A stretch of 64,000 nt of DNA from Promethearchaeota archaeon (GTDB taxonomy: Archaea; Asgardarchaeota; Lokiarchaeia; Sigyniarchaeales; SOKP01), in contig JAGXNO010000001.1 of the NCBI GenBank assembly GCA_019894975.1, positions 1 through 64,000 of the forward strand. Reading direction: 5' to 3'. Positions 9,530 to 19,715 of this stretch are shown piece after piece. Position 1 is the first letter of the stretch, and every line of letters begins with the position of its first letter. The position numbers and the translations under genes are program-made. Below the pieces are notes generated by a model. That model was not told the origin of the DNA and made no database searches. It saw nothing but the letters and a program-made list of their open reading frames with translations.

Positions 9530-10984
9530 CTATTTCTCCCAGGATTCATATTCTTTCATAAATTCCTTTGGTTTCCACTGAGTATCCATAAATTTAGGAA
9601 TACCTGAACTATCACGAGGGCCGACTACAACAAATGCATCAGCTTCATCTTCTAATGCTCCACTTAATCGAGCAGCCATTCCAGGAAGAACAAGAACACG
9701 ATGACTTACTTTTTCAAATGCCTTAAATTCTTTTACAGCTTCAGCTATTCCACCAGCATTAAACTGACCACCCGCTACCGCGCTTTCAATCCCTATACCT
9801 TCGGTATCCACTACTAAAAGCCAACAATTCATATTTGCTCCTTGCAAATCCTGTTCAACAGGTATTTTTGTCATCCTATAATTGCTTGTAACAAAAATTG
9901 GTGACATTTCATCGGGTTCTCCAATTTTATATATACCTGCATCTACTGCCGGATAAATTCTTGGATCAGAAAAAACACTCTGACGTAATGTCATGAGAGC
10001 CAAAATCGCCCAGATTTCATCCTTTTTTTGACCCGTGTGTAATACTATTAAATTCGTGTCGATCGATTCCATTATTGCACCCATTATTATTTCTTGAAAT
10101 TGGTGTTCCCAAAGCTCTTTATCTTTTCCAATTTTTACTTGATTCCAATACGCGGAAGGAACTCCCATTACTGGCCATCCTGCATTGACATCTTCTTTAT
10201 CAATAGCAGAAGTTCTTAATTGTATAATCTTATCATATGTTTCTGAGAGATTTCCAGGACCAAAAAATGTACCTGCATCAAGAATTAGTTCTTGAACACC
10301 CAATTTCTGTAAAGTTGCACTTAAAGACATTAATTCATCTAAATCATTCGAATAAATCGCAACTGGTAAATTATTTTGTACCGCAAACTTACCAATTTGC
10401 TCCCATGAATCTTTTGTAGCAGCATATAACAATGGTTTTTTGTCTTTAATTGCTTCTGCAGCATGAACCAATATCTCTACATTAAAAGTACATAACATAA
10501 TTGGAAGATTTGAGAGACTTGCTATTTTACTTGCAGCTAATTTAAATTGCTCTTTGTCTCCAGACACATTTCTCAAAGCAATCCCATCTAAAGTAAGTAC
10601 ATCACCAATCCGTTCTATTTTAAGATCTGTAAGATATTTAATAGTTTCTTCTAAATCTCCATCATCATCAGCAATTTCTATAAAAATCCCTGTTTGATTA
10701 TAGAAAGTTAATTGATGACGGTAGAGAATTTCCTCACCACCAACCGTTACAGCACGTTCTCCAGCACCAATAGTTACAGGCTTTTGAGGGGGGGTTATGA
10801 GCTTTATTAATTTATCTCGATTCTTTGCTTGCTTAGGTCTTTTCATTAAATGTGGGCAATCTTTAACAATAACCTTTCTTTCGAGAATATCCGTCGCGAA
10901 AGCCATACATGTATCATATCCACACTCTTTACAATTACTCTTATCCAAGAGTGCATAAATTTCTAGAGGACTTGGTCTTGCCAT
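9530..10984 (-). CDS. cdhE: Corrinoid iron-sulfur protein large subunit (ACDS gamma)
   Basis: N-terminal NCKECGYDTCMAFA...CP Fe-S motif, VTSNY, DTEGIGIESAVAGG, PGMAARLSG, VVVGPRDSSGIP. Confidence 0.95.
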   Translation of the reverse strand: MARPSPLEIYALLDKSNCKECGYDTCMAFATDILERKVIVKDCPHLMKRPKQAKNRDKLIKLITPPQKPVTIGAGERAVTVGGEEILYRHQLTFYNQTGIFIEIADDDGDLEETIKYLTDLKIERIGDVLTLDGIALRNVSGDKEQFKLAASKIASLSNLPIMLCTFNVEILVHAAEAIKDKKPLLYAATKDSWEQIGKFAVQNNLPVAIYSNDLDELMSLSATLQKLGVQELILDAGTFFGPGNLSETYDKIIQLRTSAIDKEDVNAGWPVMGVPSAYWNQVKIGKDKELWEHQFQEIIMGAIMESIDTNLIVLHTGQKKDEIWAILALMTLRQSVFSDPRIYPAVDAGIYKIGEPDEMSPIFVTSNYRMTKIPVEQDLQGANMNCWLLVVDTEGIGIESAVAGGQFNAGGIAEAVKEFKAFEKVSHRVLVLPGMAARLSGALEDEADAFVVVGPRDSSGIPKFMDTQWKPKEFMKEYESWEK

Positions 10985-11209
10985 TTCTTTTTCTCCAAAT
11001 TCGTTATTCTATTTATTTCTCTTAAGAATATTTCAATGATTAGACTAATTGTAAATTCAATTAAAATGTTATTAAAGAGCTTACTATTATTCCTTGAGGG
11101 GCTAAAATACGTCTTAAAATTTAACTACTTAAGTTGAATTTAATCTAAAAAAGTAACCTAAAACTATTGAGATAAATAGAAAATTAGAACGATTATTATT
11201 TTTTCAATC

Positions 11210-11749
11210 TCAGTAATACTCAGTCTTCGCTACAAGGAGCGCAAAGAAGCCAAAGAAAATTATATTGATCACACAGCTAATAATAAGCGAAATCAAGATT
11301 ACTTCAAATCCTACCCATCCATAAGTTGCGGTTAATTCTGTTTCAAACGCAGGGCTTAAAAAAACACCTATTACCACAGTAGCCGTACTAATAACTGCAG
11401 CTAACAACCATCCCGCAAAACCTTGAAATTTGCTTTCGGCAAACTTACCAGCAAGAATTGCCGCTATTAATGGTGCCGCTATGAAGCCAAGTCCCATTAC
11501 CAAGAAATCCATGATCTCGTTGAAAAGAGGTTCAACAATAACCCAATTCAAATTGATGTATGGAGCGCTAACAATCGAACCGAATAGATAATAAATAATC
11601 ATTAACGGAGCGTACTCAGGAGAATCGGGATCAAATCTATTAAATAATTCATCAAATCCTGGTCCTAATGCTAAGTAAAGAATTGAAAAAATAAAATTTA
11701 AACCAATGAAAGCAACTAAACTTAATGAAAAGGTTTTACCAAATCCCAT
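11210..11749 (-). CDS. Hypothetical multi-pass membrane protein
   Basis: About 5 hydrophobic segments, no recognised motif. Confidence 0.6.
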   Translation of the reverse strand: MGFGKTFSLSLVAFIGLNFIFSILYLALGPGFDELFNRFDPDSPEYAPLMIIYYLFGSIVSAPYINLNWVIVEPLFNEIMDFLVMGLGFIAAPLIAAILAGKFAESKFQGFAGWLLAAVISTATVVIGVFLSPAFETELTATYGWVGFEVILISLIISCVINIIFFGFFALLVAKTEYY

Positions 11750-12095
11750 TTTTTACAGACACTCTTTTCTGTTAACTTATTTTGATTAAGAATGTAATTT
11801 AATATGATAATGATGTAATTTACTTTTAAATTTTAGTGTGGAGTAAAATATAAATTAAAATATTTCAAATTAGGTAAACAGGATTTTACTAATTCAAAGA
11901 TTTACTTATATCCTATAAAAATTTGCAATTTAATATCTTTATGGATAAATTAAATAAACAAATAAAGTTAAATATTGGCTTAATTCACTCAAAGATTGGA
12001 TCTTGTGTTTCTTCAATACATTATACAAGAAAAAAGTTTCAAATTACATCTCCAAAATTTAAATATTTATCTTCTCTTATAATATTGATAAAAGC

Positions 12096-13124
12096 ATGAA
12101 AAGAAATCGTAACAAATTTGGTCCTGGGAAGCTTAAACATGAATATTTAGCTCATCTGCTTTCAGATTTAGAAATTCAAGATAAAAGAGTAATTTTAGGT
12201 CCAAAAATTGGAGAAGATGCTGCTGTTATCAATATGCCTGGGAATAATTATTTAATCGCAAAAACCGACCCTATTACTTTTGTTTCAGACCAAATTGGTT
12301 ACTATGTCGTAAACATTAATGTTAATGATGTAGTTTGTACTGGTGCTATGCCTAAATGGTTTCAAGCAACCATTTTGTTGCCCCAAAAATATACTACGTA
12401 TAATTTAATTGAGAAAATTTTTAAAGACATCAATAATACGTGCAAATCTATGGGAATTACTGTAATAGGAGGACACACAGAAATTACACCTCAACTTGAA
12501 AGACCAATAGTAGTTGGGACCTTACTAGGAGAAGTTGCAAAAGAAAAACTTGTTTTAACTTCAGGTGCAGAACCAGGAGATGCATTAATTCTCACTAAAG
12601 GTATTTTTATTGAGGGAACGTCAATTATTGGACGTGAAAAAGAAAGTGAACTAAAAAATAAAGGATTTAAACCTGCATTTATTGAGAAATGCAAGAATTA
12701 TCTTTATGAACCAGGAATAAGTGTATATAAAGAAGCAACATTAGCTAATAAGAGGTTTGAAATTAAGGCCTTTCATGATATAACTGAAGGAGGACTCGCT
12801 ACAGGACTTGCTGAAATGGCAATAGCGTCAAATACAGGAATCTTAGTTGAAAGATCAAAGATTAAAATTCTTCCTGAAGCTCAAAAATTAAGTAAATTCT
12901 ATGAATTGGAGCCATTGGGTACAATTTCATCAGGCTCATTGTTAATTGCCATAAAAGATAGCTCATACCAGGATTTGATTGATTTATTGAGAATTAATAA
13001 TATTAATGCTGAAAAAATTGGCAACTTCGTTGAAAAGAGGAAAGGATTAAGGATTAGGGAAAAGGATGGAAAAGAATATCCATTATTTTTCTCTGAAACT
13101 GATGAGATTACAAAAATTTTTTAA
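12096..13124 (+). CDS. AIR synthase-related protein (HypE/ThiL/SelD superfamily)
   Basis: GEDAAV, KTDPIT, NVNDV, GGHTE, HDITEGGL, ISSGSLL. Confidence 0.85.
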   Translation: MKRNRNKFGPGKLKHEYLAHLLSDLEIQDKRVILGPKIGEDAAVINMPGNNYLIAKTDPITFVSDQIGYYVVNINVNDVVCTGAMPKWFQATILLPQKYTTYNLIEKIFKDINNTCKSMGITVIGGHTEITPQLERPIVVGTLLGEVAKEKLVLTSGAEPGDALILTKGIFIEGTSIIGREKESELKNKGFKPAFIEKCKNYLYEPGISVYKEATLANKRFEIKAFHDITEGGLATGLAEMAIASNTGILVERSKIKILPEAQKLSKFYELEPLGTISSGSLLIAIKDSSYQDLIDLLRINNINAEKIGNFVEKRKGLRIREKDGKEYPLFFSETDEITKIF

Positions 13125-13276
13125 ATTAGAGTAAAATGACCATATTTAAATAAAATTTTCTCAATTTGACTAATATTTTTATTTTCATATTTTTATTTTA
13201 TTAATACCTAGTTTTTTTTTTCTAGGGTTGAATAGTATCGAATATATACTAAGATAGAATATTTGAATGATTTAAC

Positions 13277-15199
13277 TTGGCAAGTAAAGAACTAAATGAA
13301 ATCTTGATTTTCATAAAAGAAAAAATTAAAGGGAAGGAGTTTAAATTAGAATTTGAAACAAAATTATTTTTTGAAATCTTAGAAAGACATAAAAAAGAAT
13401 ATGATGACTTACAAGATAAAATACTAGTAAAGTGGGAAGATTTTAGTAAAAAGAATCAAAACAGAAAAATTAAAAAAACTTTTACCACCTTTTTCTATGA
13501 GAATTTTCATAATTTTTTTAGTTATTTTCTCCAGTTTTTCTTTGGATTTAACGACACCTCTTTAAAATTGAAAAATAAAGAAAAAATCTCTGATAAAATA
13601 TTATTTTTAGAATATAATTATTTACTATCCCTTGAAGAATTGAATTATTTTGAAAAAACTTCAAAAGAGTTTGATGGTGGGCTTTTTAATGGGTTTACAT
13701 TTCCCACGGGTTATTTCTACTTTATTATAAGAATCTTTGGGATAATAATTAGAAGAAATGTTCAAGAGAACGTTTTTATTTTACTAGATAGTGTTAAAGT
13801 AGAAAAAGGAAATAATCATGAAACTCTAAAATTCATGATAATTATTAAAGATAGTAAGGATGAAATCTTCCAAAGATATTACAATATGGTTTTATATTAC
13901 TTTTTAAGACGATTTAATGGTATCCCCGAAAAATATTTTGAAGAGTTATTAGAAGGAAGAGAAAAATTATACCAGATCGCTTTAGAAGAATATCCGTATG
14001 CTAAGGAGAAATTGGTTGATTTACTTTATTACTTTTATAAAAAATGCATTTTATTAGAGAGCTTTTTACCGCTTTTAGATTTCTTTAATTTCGTTGGTTC
14101 TAGGGTAGAGGATTCTATCTTTTCTAAAACAGATATTATTAAAAAAGGATTTTTAGCCAATTTGGATGACTATAGTGATACTAAAAAAAATTCATTGATT
14201 AAATTATTTGAGTATCTTGATAAAAAATCAACATTATACTCAACATTTCAGGCGAATAATCTTCCCTCCCCTAAATCTCAATTAAATTTATTTTTCCTAT
14301 ACATGAAATACTATTTTGGAAGTGGATTAGAAGCTTTAGAAGTAGGAGATTTATTATTTCTGCCAGAGAAGTTTAAATCCTGTTTAAATAACTATAATAA
14401 AAATGATGAAGACGTAATAAGTGCAAATTCTATCAATACTATTGATGAATTTCTTAATTATTTCTCCACATTATCTAATATCGAAAATACAGATTTATTC
14501 TTTCACAGATTGTTTAATAAAAATATATCAGAGCTAAACTTCGGTTTTTTTAAAACATTTTTAAAAAGTTTCAATTCAGATTTTTCCCTTAAACTGCAAG
14601 CTGAAAACTCTCTTCTCTCTGAAAGTGCAGAAAATATTCCTTTCTCATTTGATAAAATAGTTGATCATATGTGTAGGATTCTCTATGTATTAATTGATAA
14701 GATATTCCTTAGATCTAATCCAGGTGAGGCTTCCTCAAACTTTATTGATCCAAGGAGTCGATATATTGGGAAAAATATTGCTCTACGAGTATTAGAATTA
14801 TTTGTATTTCAGGACATAAATTATTCAGATGATGTATGGCCTGATTATATAATTAGTCTCAATAAACAAAATCTTAAGAGAGAAATGAAAAATTATGATT
14901 TACTAATTTCAGAAGAAAATTTTTACTCTGATGAGGAATTAATTCAAATTATGATTACTTATAATATCCAATCATTTTCAGATCAACCGTATTTTGAAGA
15001 ATGGTTAATTAATGAAATTATTATGCCATTAAATAAGTTCTTCTTACATATCAAAAAGAGTGTAAGATCTTTAAATGAGATTGAAGTATATGAAAAGTTA
15101 AGCGAATATTTTATTTCAGATAATAAAGATGACCAAGTTATAAAAGATTTTAAGTTTGTATGTCAAAAGATTGCCCCATTTTGGAAAAAATTCGAATAA
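13277..15199 (+). CDS. Hypothetical protein (640 aa)
   Basis: Long ORF, F/Y-rich, probably helical, no recognised motif. Confidence 0.6.
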   Translation: MASKELNEILIFIKEKIKGKEFKLEFETKLFFEILERHKKEYDDLQDKILVKWEDFSKKNQNRKIKKTFTTFFYENFHNFFSYFLQFFFGFNDTSLKLKNKEKISDKILFLEYNYLLSLEELNYFEKTSKEFDGGLFNGFTFPTGYFYFIIRIFGIIIRRNVQENVFILLDSVKVEKGNNHETLKFMIIIKDSKDEIFQRYYNMVLYYFLRRFNGIPEKYFEELLEGREKLYQIALEEYPYAKEKLVDLLYYFYKKCILLESFLPLLDFFNFVGSRVEDSIFSKTDIIKKGFLANLDDYSDTKKNSLIKLFEYLDKKSTLYSTFQANNLPSPKSQLNLFFLYMKYYFGSGLEALEVGDLLFLPEKFKSCLNNYNKNDEDVISANSINTIDEFLNYFSTLSNIENTDLFFHRLFNKNISELNFGFFKTFLKSFNSDFSLKLQAENSLLSESAENIPFSFDKIVDHMCRILYVLIDKIFLRSNPGEASSNFIDPRSRYIGKNIALRVLELFVFQDINYSDDVWPDYIISLNKQNLKREMKNYDLLISEENFYSDEELIQIMITYNIQSFSDQPYFEEWLINEIIMPLNKFFLHIKKSVRSLNEIEVYEKLSEYFISDNKDDQVIKDFKFVCQKIAPFWKKFE

Positions 15200-15201
15200 A
15201 T

Positions 15202-15708
15202 TCAGTAGATTTTAAAAATATCTAGAAATCTTTCGAAACTCTCTTCAATATTAATAAGAGGTATGTTATAAGGTATATCTTCAACCTTTTCTTTCGCACA
15301 AATTGCACCAGAAATTATTTTTACGTTCTTTGCTACTTGTGTTTTTATTTCCTCTATGTTATTTACACAAAGGACCGTAGGATTATTTAAATCCCTAAAT
15401 CCTTCAGTAAATACTATATCAATTTTGTAGGGTCCTTGTTCAAGCCATTTAATAAGTTTTTCGAATCCAATCTCTTCTGCTTTTAAGAATATTGCCATCT
15501 CATTATTTATATTTTGAATTATGGAATAATTAGCTCCAGATTTTGTGAATATATGAGAATCCTTACCTTTTTCATCAACTTGATGATGTTTAACATTTTT
15601 AATCACCGTAACATTGCACTTCAACTGACGTTTGAATAATTCAATCGCTTTCATGATAAAATATGTTTTTCCCGAACCAGAAAATCCTATAACGTCAATA
15701 ATCCTCAT
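15202..15708 (-). CDS. mobB: Molybdopterin-guanine dinucleotide biosynthesis protein B
   Basis: GFSGSGKT, VIK..HHQVDEKGKDS, DIVFTEGF. Confidence 0.9.
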   Translation of the reverse strand: MRIIDVIGFSGSGKTYFIMKAIELFKRQLKCNVTVIKNVKHHQVDEKGKDSHIFTKSGANYSIIQNINNEMAIFLKAEEIGFEKLIKWLEQGPYKIDIVFTEGFRDLNNPTVLCVNNIEEIKTQVAKNVKIISGAICAKEKVEDIPYNIPLINIEESFERFLDIFKIY

Positions 15709-15835
15709 TTTACTTTCTCGTTTTAATTCAAACTAGTACTAAGAATCAAGTATTTTCATTCTATGCAATATGAAAAAACATTTAATATTTTACTATTTAA
15801 TATATATTTAATTAAGATTTTTATGAATTAACTGA

Positions 15836-17833
15836 ATGCTGATGTCTGATAAAAAAGAATACTTAGTATTTGATGCTAATTTCTTCATTTGCATGCTCCA
15901 AATCAGAGCTCGTAATATTTTAGGAAATTTGGAAAAAGCAGCAAAAGAATTGGGTTATGAATACTATATCTCTGATGTCGTATTTGATGAAATAAAAGCA
16001 CCCCACACCTATAAAGATAAGTTAAAAGAAATCTTAAACGTGGTAAAAGTATTACCTATTGAAATTGATGATATAAAAAATGATCTTATTCGGTATAATA
16101 TAAGATTTCCCGCACAGGATCCTGATCTTTCCTTGGTTTATATCGCAAAAAATTTAATAGATGATAAAGGATCTGCGCCTATTCACTTAGTAACAGATGA
16201 TTTTAAGCTTGTAAAAAATACCAGCTTGCTCTACAAAGGAAAATTAAATATTTTATCTTTATCAAGTTTTCTTCTAAAGACACAGAGAACAACCAGTAAT
16301 TCTCAAATGAGAAAATATTTCAAGGATATTTGGAAAAGAAGTCTAAATTATACATTATCTTACATGATTGAACGCTCGAAAACTTATCCTGCTGAACAAA
16401 AGATTACTTGGCTAATTGAAAAAGCAATTACTGTTACGGAAGACTCGATCTTAACTCAAGATGTTGAATTAGAGAACCCAGATGTTGGTATGAGGTTTGA
16501 AATTGGCGCTTCTAGATATTTAGAAGAGATCAATATTGCGGATAAATATATTAATAACCAAAATCTCCCTAAGAGTGAAGAGGAGAAAGTTTTGGGCATT
16601 ATCAAATTTCTTGAGAATTTAAAAATTTCTCGAGAATATATGAACAGAGCAAGAGATGCAATCGTAAAAAGTGAATCAAAAGAAGCAGTAAAACACTTGA
16701 AGAAGGGAAATAAGTTTTTAATATCACTACTACAAGTTGCCTCCGGACAGTTAGAAAAGACTAAAGATTATAAGGTCATTGAGCAACTTATTTGTTCAGA
16801 GATAAGTAAAATGGAGTTTTTACGAGCATATCTATTAGTATCACTAGGCAGAATTAATTCTGCAATCAGCTCACTTGATAGAGCTGCTTTATTTTCAACA
16901 ATTATCCATAACCATAAAACGTGTTTAACTCTAAATTATGTTAAAGCTTTAATCTACCTTTTTCACGGATTATATAAAAATGCTATAATGCAATACAACT
17001 TTACCGAGGAATTAGCAGAAATATATGAAGATGATCGATTAAAATTAAAAAGTTTAATAGGAAAAGCTATTGCTCTCTACATGCAAGGCGAAGATAAAGA
17101 TACCGCAATGATAATTATGGAGGAAATTTCAACTATGAATCTAGACGAAAACCATCTTGATGCTATTATAGTATTTAGTGAACTAGGTGACTATTTCTTA
17201 GCTTTAGGGCATTCCCAAATTGCCGCAAATTTGTATAATCAAGCTTTAGAAATCTCTATTGATTATAAGTTGACATTAAAAAGTGAGATTCTAATTGAAA
17301 AACTTAAGAGATCCTATATCGCTACAGTTTTAAGTGGATATTCCGCAGAAGATATGGTCGATAAGTTAGATGTTTTGTTAGATAAAGCATATTCAATTAA
17401 AGACGTAGAAAAATATAATGAACAGATAAAGAAAATCTCCAGTTTTAATCTTTTATTCTACACACCGTTTCCCTATATCACTGGAAAAAAAAGAATTATT
17501 CCTTTCTCAAAATTGCCTAAGGAGTTAAAAGAGGATCACCTTGAGGTTGTCCACTTTAAAAAGGATTCTACTGACAAGGAGAAAATTCTTTTTATCGTTT
17601 CTCATTATGAATTAGGACTATTAGGGGTAAGGCTAAAGACAAGTCAAAAGGTTACCGGGATAGCAGAAAATTATACACTCAAAATTAAGCCTACTGCGAA
17701 AGTTAAAATATATGAACCTGATGAGGATTTAAAAAATGATTATTTAATCCGTGCTATTGTTGAAATAACTCAAAAAAATCAAGTTAAGATAAATTTTACA
17801 CTTCCATCTTTCTTTAAGCAGTTGAATTTGTAA
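15836..17833 (+). CDS. PIN-domain + TPR-repeat protein
   Basis: N-terminal PIN motifs (LVFDANFF, VFDEI, DPDLSLV, LVTDDFKL) followed by TPR-like helices. Confidence 0.7.
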   Translation: MLMSDKKEYLVFDANFFICMLQIRARNILGNLEKAAKELGYEYYISDVVFDEIKAPHTYKDKLKEILNVVKVLPIEIDDIKNDLIRYNIRFPAQDPDLSLVYIAKNLIDDKGSAPIHLVTDDFKLVKNTSLLYKGKLNILSLSSFLLKTQRTTSNSQMRKYFKDIWKRSLNYTLSYMIERSKTYPAEQKITWLIEKAITVTEDSILTQDVELENPDVGMRFEIGASRYLEEINIADKYINNQNLPKSEEEKVLGIIKFLENLKISREYMNRARDAIVKSESKEAVKHLKKGNKFLISLLQVASGQLEKTKDYKVIEQLICSEISKMEFLRAYLLVSLGRINSAISSLDRAALFSTIIHNHKTCLTLNYVKALIYLFHGLYKNAIMQYNFTEELAEIYEDDRLKLKSLIGKAIALYMQGEDKDTAMIIMEEISTMNLDENHLDAIIVFSELGDYFLALGHSQIAANLYNQALEISIDYKLTLKSEILIEKLKRSYIATVLSGYSAEDMVDKLDVLLDKAYSIKDVEKYNEQIKKISSFNLLFYTPFPYITGKKRIIPFSKLPKELKEDHLEVVHFKKDSTDKEKILFIVSHYELGLLGVRLKTSQKVTGIAENYTLKIKPTAKVKIYEPDEDLKNDYLIRAIVEITQKNQVKINFTLPSFFKQLNL

Positions 17834-17862
17834 TAGAGAGTTAGGTTATGGGGAAAATATAT

Positions 17863-18135
17863 TTAAGTTTTCCTTTCTGCTTTATCTCGTTGCGAAACTT
17901 GATGGCTGTGAACAGCACACGAAATACAATAATACTTAGTAGCAGAAGAGCCCATTATTATTGTCCCTGCCTTTTTCAGTTCAGTATACATCCTACTATC
18001 AACTAAATTTGTTCTTCTTGTAACTGCTTTAGCTTTACTACGAGCAACAAGTCGTCCACATTTGTAGCATTGAACCTTCTTGTTTTGGCCCTGACTTGAA
18101 CCGGTCTTTCCCCCGCTTTTTCTTTTTTTAGGAAT
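17863..18135 (-). CDS. rps26e: 30S ribosomal protein eS26 (absent from ORF track; ATT start)
   Basis: Hand translation: (M)PKKRKSGGKTGSSQGQNKKVQCYKCGRLVARSKAK...YYCISCAVHSHQVSQR, i.e. CxxC...CxxCA zinc motif; in-frame TAG at 18147-18145. Confidence 0.92.
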   Translation of the reverse strand: MPKKRKSGGKTGSSQGQNKKVQCYKCGRLVARSKAKAVTRRTNLVDSRMYTELKKAGTIIMGSSATKYYCISCAVHSHQVSQRDKAERKT

Positions 18136-18274
18136 AAAAATCAGCTAGTTTTTATTTTAATTTGGTAATTATATTGTTTCTATTGAAATTAAATTGGATA
18201 AAACTTAAAAAATTTATCCTTAGTCATTATAAATTTCGAAAATAAATCGGTAAGAAATACTTTTATGAACTTGG

Positions 18275-18994
18275 TTAAACATCAATATCATTTTGATTTA
18301 AATTTTTTAAAATCTTAAAAGTATGATGTAATCTTTGAAGAATCGTATAGATAAGCATAAAAGCAAAAATGATTATACTTATAAGAAATATTGGTGAAAC
18401 TGATACCCTTGTGATAAAAGGGATATAAATTGTTATGGGTTCACCGAATGAAAGGGCTGATACAAAATAAAATATTAATTCTCCAATTATAGCAAAAATT
18501 ATGAACAGTATTCGTTCCGCGCGCTCCATAAATCCAACCCCTTCCATACTAATCCCTTCATTTTCCGCTCTAGAACGTATATACGAAATCATAATGACTA
18601 AAAATAATATTATATACCCAAATATATAACTTATCAAACCTCCATAAATTAAACCTAAAATAAATATAGCATCAGACAATCTGTCTAAATTTGAATCCAA
18701 AAATGCTCCAGATCGTGTTTCATTGCCTGTCCTTCTTGCCACTTCTCCGTCAAATAAATCCATAGCACCTGCTATGCTTAAGAGAGCAGGAATAATCCAT
18801 GAAAACCATAATGAAAAATATAATCCATATAAGGCTAGTAATAATGAAGCAACTAATGTAACTGACAATCCTATAAAAGAAATTTTATTGGGTGTAATAT
18901 TATGCTTAATTAAAAATTTAACTGGGAGATCTATAAATCTATTTGAAAATTCTCTCTGTCGAGTTCTTTTATCAGTATCTTCTATCTCTTTCAA
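18275..18994 (-). CDS. CDP-alcohol phosphatidyltransferase (archaetidylinositol-phosphate synthase-like)
   Basis: ITPNKIS, DLFDGEVAR...GAFLDSNLDRLSD, SYIRSRAE, ERAER. Confidence 0.92.
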   Translation of the reverse strand: MKEIEDTDKRTRQREFSNRFIDLPVKFLIKHNITPNKISFIGLSVTLVASLLLALYGLYFSLWFSWIIPALLSIAGAMDLFDGEVARRTGNETRSGAFLDSNLDRLSDAIFILGLIYGGLISYIFGYIILFLVIMISYIRSRAENEGISMEGVGFMERAERILFIIFAIIGELIFYFVSALSFGEPITIYIPFITRVSVSPIFLISIIIFAFMLIYTILQRLHHTFKILKNLNQNDIDV

Positions 18995-19056
18995 TTTCTA
19001 TAAAAACCTAAAATTTAGATTAATATTTTCTAAATTTCTTTCGAATAAAAAATTTA

Positions 19057-19653
19057 TTAAAATGCCATTAAATGTAATTTCAATAATCGAATTACTGAAG
19101 AAGCTAAATAAGATTGGTTTCCAATACTTATAGTTGGTATGTTTAATGCTAATAATGCCTTTGAATCAAGGAAATCATCTTCCTGGCTACCAATTATAAA
19201 TACAACATTATCCTTCTCTTTTATATCAACGCTATGTTCAAAAAAATTCTTACCATCCTCTTTCAGAATGAATTGACTATAATTCAATTTCTGGAATTTT
19301 TTTATTAAATCTATTATACTCATCCTTGAATGTTGAATGGATCGGAGCGGATTATTGAGTAGTTCCTCCTTTTTTTTTTTTTTAAGAAGTAAATCAACCA
19401 AGCAGTCAGAAAATCTTAATTCATTTTTTGGAAAAGTGTCATAATCAAATGCTTGTGGGTCGAAAACCAATGTTCCGTAATTGTCCAAAAACACCCAGAT
19501 ATTAACTCTTAGGTCAAAATAATCTTTATCTAATAAAGCTGCTAAGATGCAACGTGAAATTACGTCAAGTCTACCAGAAGATCCAGGAATATCTTTGATT
19601 GTATAATTATTAAGACTAACTGTTGTTGATTTAATGAGAAATGTTAAAATCAT
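19057..19653 (-). CDS. trmY: tRNA pseudouridine-54 N1-methyltransferase (SPOUT)
   Basis: DIPGSSGRLDVISRC, P-NE, LKEDG, ISIG..SYLAS. Confidence 0.82.
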   Translation of the reverse strand: MILTFLIKSTTVSLNNYTIKDIPGSSGRLDVISRCILAALLDKDYFDLRVNIWVFLDNYGTLVFDPQAFDYDTFPKNELRFSDCLVDLLLKKKKKEELLNNPLRSIQHSRMSIIDLIKKFQKLNYSQFILKEDGKNFFEHSVDIKEKDNVVFIIGSQEDDFLDSKALLALNIPTISIGNQSYLASSVIRLLKLHLMAF

Positions 19654-19715
19654 TGAATAATGACTATAGTCAATTTTATTATATTATCAAGAAGTTTTAT
19701 TATTTTTAATAATTT

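Noticed and set aside
12096-13124. Selenophosphate synthetase SelD
   Set aside because: No N-terminal catalytic Cys/Sec-x-x-K motif; only the superfamily is supportable.
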